Assembly: GCF_009914755.1 (NCBI RefSeq)
Contig: NC_060947.1
DNA: 64,000 nt
Reading direction: 5' to 3' (one strand)
Origin: the human T2T-CHM13v2.0 reference genome, Homo sapiens
Part shown: piece after piece, positions 58,782-64,000 of the stretch
Position numbering within the stretch: the stretch's first letter is position 1
Layout: each line of letters begins with the position of its first letter
Made by a program: the position numbers and the translations under genes
Notes under the pieces: generated by a model
Databases searched by the model: none
Told to the model about the DNA's origin: nothing
What the model saw: only the letters and a program-made list of their open reading frames with translations

Positions 58782-60262
58782 ACCTTGTTAAAAATAGATA
58801 AAACTGAGATATACTGAGTCCAAAGAGCTGTCACGTAGCTGGCCAAATTTACCCAGCAGCATTCCTTCTGGGTAGAACACTACCAAGTCACACAGCGTTT
58901 GCTCCTAAGGAGTTAGTAACTTAAGACTGTGCATTACGGAAAATACACACGTTCCTTCTAAAATAACTTGACAACTACATTTTCCAATTCTAAAACCCAC
59001 TTTCATGTAGAGTAAAAAGAGCAGTTTTTTCAACAAGAATGTGCATAAAAAGATAGGGAAGCTATATCAATTAAAAGAAATGTAAAAGACAAATCAACCT
59101 ATTGCAGTGCTAGACCTTGACCTTGCGTGAGTTACAAAACTACGAGAAGATCATTTTGACAGTTACAACTTTATAGTGGATGATACAGAGGAACTACTGT
59201 TGATAATTTTAGGCATGGAAAAGATTCTGCAGCTGTGTAAAATAAAATGGTTCCTATATTTTAGAGCAACGTACAGACATATCTTTAAATGAATTACATC
59301 ATGCCATAATAAGAATGGAAATATGAATGAAGTTAGATACTAAAGATTAGGCTATCCATTCATAATTGCTGAAGCCAACTGATGGGCACATGGGATCCTT
59401 TATTCTATCTTCTCTGCCTTTTTTTATCATAACCAGAAATTTTCTGTAGTAAAATATTCCATAAGGTTTCAAGTGAATACAAATGTTTACAGAAGGGATA
59501 CAAGAGGGAAAAATGTGTACAGACCAATGCAGAATGTTTTTTGAAACATACAAAAGAAAATAAGCAATGCCCCTATAATGAAGAATGCCCAATTTGAAAA
59601 TTAGAGGCGGGAGGGGTGTGGAGTAAAAAAAGAAAAATACATTAGAGGAGCAAAAACATTAAAATAAGCCAAATGTCAAAAAATATATAAAGAACTGGGT
59701 ATGTTAAAGCATAGTCTTTTGAGAAAATTAACCATGAAAAACAATGCTTATGAAGATTTTTAATAATCCTAAAATAGCTTATGCTATCATACTGTAGGAA
59801 ATGTAAAGTTCAAAATGGTATAGATAGAGATATATATAGATCTAGACATAGAAATATAATGTGAATATCGGTAAAGATATGTGTACAGATACAAAAATAG
59901 ATATGATTAAGATATAGATAAGAATAGATACTGTTATTGATATGCTGTAGCTATAGACTCTAATATTGGTACAGATACCATACAAAGATGTGATCTACAG
60001 GCAAATATATATGTCCATACGTACATATGATATAAATGCAGGTAAACACGTAGATGTAGATAGAGAATTATCATCTGTGTTTAAAATATTCACAAAATCC
60101 CTTGAACAAACTATACAGTTATTTACTATTAACTACTAGCCTATGGAATGATGATCCAGTTTTACATTTCTTTTTTCAAAGTTTCTGTATTTCTTTCCCA
60201 TACTACTCTTCATTCCTTCACCATAAGAAAAAAAAACATCCTGCCCTTAAAAGCCTCCTTGA

Positions 60263-60558
60263 GGCTGGGCACAGTGGCTCATGTCTGTAATCCCAGCACG
60301 TCAGGAGGTTGAGGTGGGCGGCTCATCTGAGGTCAGGAGTTCGAGACCAGCCTGGCTAACATGGTGAAACACCATCTCTACTAAAAACACAAAAATCAGC
60401 CTGGTGTGCTCGTGGGCACCTGTAATCCCAGCTACTTGGGAGGCTGAGACAGGAGAATGGCTTGAACCAGGAGGTGGAGGTTGCAGTGAGCCAAGGTCGC
60501 GCCACTGCACTCCAGCCTGGGCGACAGAGCAAGACTCCATTTAAAAAAAAAAAAAAAG
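60263..60558 (+). mobile_element. AluSx-like
   Basis: Full dimer, poly-A, tccttga on both flanks. Confidence 0.92.
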
Positions 60559-61109
60559 AGTCCTTGAAATGGCTACGATTTGCTTATATTCCTTATTCAG
60601 AGAATAGATCCAGTTACATGAATTAAAAAAAAAAGACTGCTTCTTAAGCAATGCTTAAGTAATAACCGCCTGTATGCATATTAAAATTTTATGTTAAAAC
60701 ACATCATAAGGTTAAGAGGATGATATCACCTTTTGAAATACTGATGGTTGTGACAAGACGCACACAGCCATTCATCTACCCTGATCAATGGGGTCCTCTG
60801 GAAGTCTTCTGGTTAGTAACATGTTCCTTCAACTTTATACCTCTTTATCAAAAGACACTAGGATGAGTGTTGGGAGGAAAGCCCCACTCTTAAGCTGTGG
60901 TATGGGTGGTTTTGCTTACTGCATAGGAAGTTCGTAGATTAAAGCAATGAAGCATATTCAAGGACGCTGTAATGTTTGCCCATCCACTGAGGTTTCCTGA
61001 TGGAAGAAGGTGTTTTTGCAAGCTGAGCATCCATGAACCAGCAGGGCTGAGAGTTTCTCTAAGAGTCATTTACCATTGAGTCCCCTCATTTACTTGCTAT
61101 TCAAGTGAA

Positions 61110-61940
61110 TAGACTCTCTGGTGTCTACATCATGGCCACAAGGAATATAAAGTGGAATAAGTCACAGCAATGTAGCCCAAAGCATATCTAAAATATCCAT
61201 GTGTCCATACTGATATAAATGATTGATTAAGTAAATAAAGGGGAGAGACCCATCTTTCTTAGAGAAGAATTCCAAATAATTTATCGATATTCCACCATCC
61301 GGAAAGTGGAGCTTAATTCTGCCTCTTCTCCCACCCCCACCCCACTTTAGGGACTTGGTTTCAAAGACTAGACTTGGGCAGGGAGGGGAGAGTACAACTT
61401 TACAGCAGAGAAAAGTGACAAACTCTCTGTCAGCCAGGTGATCAAAGCCAACACCAGCAGCAAAAGTCTTCTGGACAGTAGTCACCGTTGCTAGGGTGAG
61501 ATGAAGGAAACCTTCATCTCTGTGGATTTCCTCCCCCAAACACATACCCCTGTCTAAAACATCAGACTGGCTCTAGTTGGTGGACATTCTCCATGACATT
61601 AATACCTCAAAACTATTAAGGTCATGAAAAACAAGGAAAAACTGAGAAACTGTCACAGACTAGATGAGGCTAAGAAAATAGGGCAAATCCATGCAGTGTG
61701 GTATTTCAGATGGTACCTCAGAAGAGAAAAAGGACATTAGGTGGACACCAGTGAAATCCAAACAAATTGTGATGTCAGTTCTTAGTAACGTACTAATGTT
61801 GGTTCCTTAAGTGTAACAGATGGTCACGTAAGATGCGATATGCGTGTGGAGTTAAAGAGTAACTCTCTGTACTATCTTTGCAACCTTTCAGCAAACCTGA
61901 AACTATCCTAAAATTTTTAAAAGGTTATTTTAAAAAATGA
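61110..61940 (+). mobile_element. Old L1M (MC/MD-like) 3' UTR
   Basis: gtccatactgatataaatgattga...agccaggtgatcaaag...aactctctgtactatctttgcaac. Confidence 0.75.
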
Positions 61941-62216
61941 AAACAGTAGCGCACAAATGTCCTTTAAAAAGATTAAAACAGGTTTGTATTTTGTAAAAGT
62001 AGTCAATGTGTAAGAATCAAAGAGTCAGAATTATCATCTCAGTGGAACAATTCTGCTGGCTTCCACTCCTGAAACTTTCCACCAAATGGAATAATCAGCA
62101 CCTTCTTTTAATCCTGCAGAATCAATGCCTCAGTGTACAAAAGCAACAGCAACAAAGTTAAAGTTTGGAAATGTCTCTCCTCTACATAATAAATGGAGCA
62201 TTCCCAGCGCACTTAC

Positions 62217-62430
62217 TTTAAAGCATTGTGGAAAAAAATAATGAACGTCAGTCACACAGTTTTATCCACTGCGGCATTCTCAAATCCTTAGATGGGGAGT
62301 TGTAAAAACCAAAAAACACCACTGACAAGGTCGTCAAGCTGTTTGACAAACCATAATTAATTCTCAGGTCAACAGAAAGCATCTCGATAAAAGCTGTGAC
62401 TGAAAATACTCCAGGTTTCACAGGTCTGCA
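62217..62430 (-). other. Candidate non-coding exon or conserved non-coding element
   Basis: Minus strand: ggtaactgttttttgcag| ...214 nt... AAA|gtaagt, in apparently non-repetitive sequence. Confidence 0.35.
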
Positions 62431-62912
62431 CTGCAAAAAACAGTTACCCCAAAATATGAATGTCAGGAGTGGAGTGGGCTTTTGTCGTTGACGCACAACA
62501 CAGCGGGTTCTGTTCTTAACACATCTGCAAGTCCTTATTCTGCCCTTCGTTTGCCCTTGAACCAGCCCTCTGAGAAAGACTAATCATCACAAAATACAGA
62601 TTTCACCAAGTCATCTCTCTCTTGGAGAGTTGACAGGGCATATGTGAACCCTTCAATTTTACAAGACCCTCCAAGAGACTAACTCCTGCAAATCCAACTT
62701 CCTATTTTGCCTTCTGTGTCTCTTTGAAGCTGAGGATTTCAATGCACAGGCTCACCCGCAAAAGAGGGTCGTGGAGCCTCTTTGCCTCTAGGCCCTTTTG
62801 TTTGACTCTTAATCTAATGAAGGTAGATGTTTCTTTTCTCTTGATTATATCTCCCAGGACTAAACATAGATGGAGAGAGAAGTAGAATCCACCAGTTTTT
62901 GCAGAAAGATAG

Positions 62913-63040
62913 AGCCAAGTGCGGTGGCTCGCACCAGTAATCCCAGTATTTCAGGAGGTCAGTCCGAAGGATCCCTTGAGCCCAGGCGTTCGAGACCAGC
63001 CTGCGCAACATAGTGAGACCCCGTCTCTTAAAAAGAAAAA
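62913..63040 (+). mobile_element. Alu left monomer (FLAM-like)
   Basis: Single arm with A tail. Confidence 0.85.
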
Positions 63041-63567
63041 TATGTGTATAGAAAGTTCTCATCACAGACAAAGCCCTGTAAGGAAAGGAAAGAATCATCC
63101 CTGAAAAAGATCTTATCCTTTCTTAACAATGCTTGAGACACAGCAAGGTGCATTAAACAAAGGCAATTAATTAACACTTCAAAAAATGTAAAAATGCTGG
63201 GTTCTGACTTACAAATAAAAACAGGGAATGGGAGCGGGGTTAGAAACAGCTAAGGTGCATTCATCATAACTCATAAAACAAAATGAGTTCCCACCAACAA
63301 GTTCAGCTTTTAATGTGGGACATGTCTTTTCCTGCTTTCTCTGCTAGTCCCTTTCATAGAAATGATTTATCTGTTTAAATCGCTGCTGCATAATAAAGAA
63401 AAGTCTGTTTTGAAAATTAAATAATGCACTTTGCTTTATTTTGCCCATTTAAAATTACTTCTAATTTTGTAAGCTTGTCATGAACTGGCGTAAGCAGATA
63501 TGTTAAAAATTGGGGGTATTCCTTTTTCATTGCAGGGATAGTGTTTAAAATTATGGAGATAAATCAC

Positions 63568-63952
<385 letters not shown>

Positions 63953-64000
63953 CTAACAATCTGTGATTCTGTTTTCCAATTTCATCATGAGTATCCCAAC

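Noticed and set aside
59820-60065. Structured repeat in the tagata-rich tract
   Set aside because: Decayed (TA)/(TAGA) simple repeat with no stable period.

Overview
Primate genomic DNA, almost certainly human because it carries a full-length AluYd8-type element. It is repeat-rich intronic or intergenic sequence. I find no credible protein-coding exon, tRNA, rRNA or snRNA; the supplied ORFs are Alu/L1/LTR read-throughs or chance frames. Much of the window is Alu (FLAM/FRAM, J, S, Y), 5'-truncated L1 3' ends, MaLR/ERVL/ERV1 LTRs, hAT/mariner DNA-transposon fossils and MIR/L2. About 10 of 13 LTRs and all long L1 3' ends lie on +, which suggests an intron of a large minus-strand gene; I could not identify that gene. 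Most notable: (i) a CpG-retaining, promoter-like island at 35.3-35.9 kb built from two back-to-back AluY pieces plus an NRF1-like site, followed by a plausible + strand exon1/exon2 splice pattern; (ii) a young AluYd8 next to a consensus minus-strand splice donor; (iii) a 33-bp AT-rich minisatellite with a symmetric 4-6-4 variant order, surrounded by direct and inverted copies of a local motif; (iv) several small fold-back (template-switch-like) scars inside Alus; (v) nested and collapsed retroelements. Subfamily names come from remembered consensus sequences, and boundaries are approximate unless a TSD is quoted. I do not see evidence for a wholly new biological system; the best leads are repeat-born regulatory or splicing novelties.
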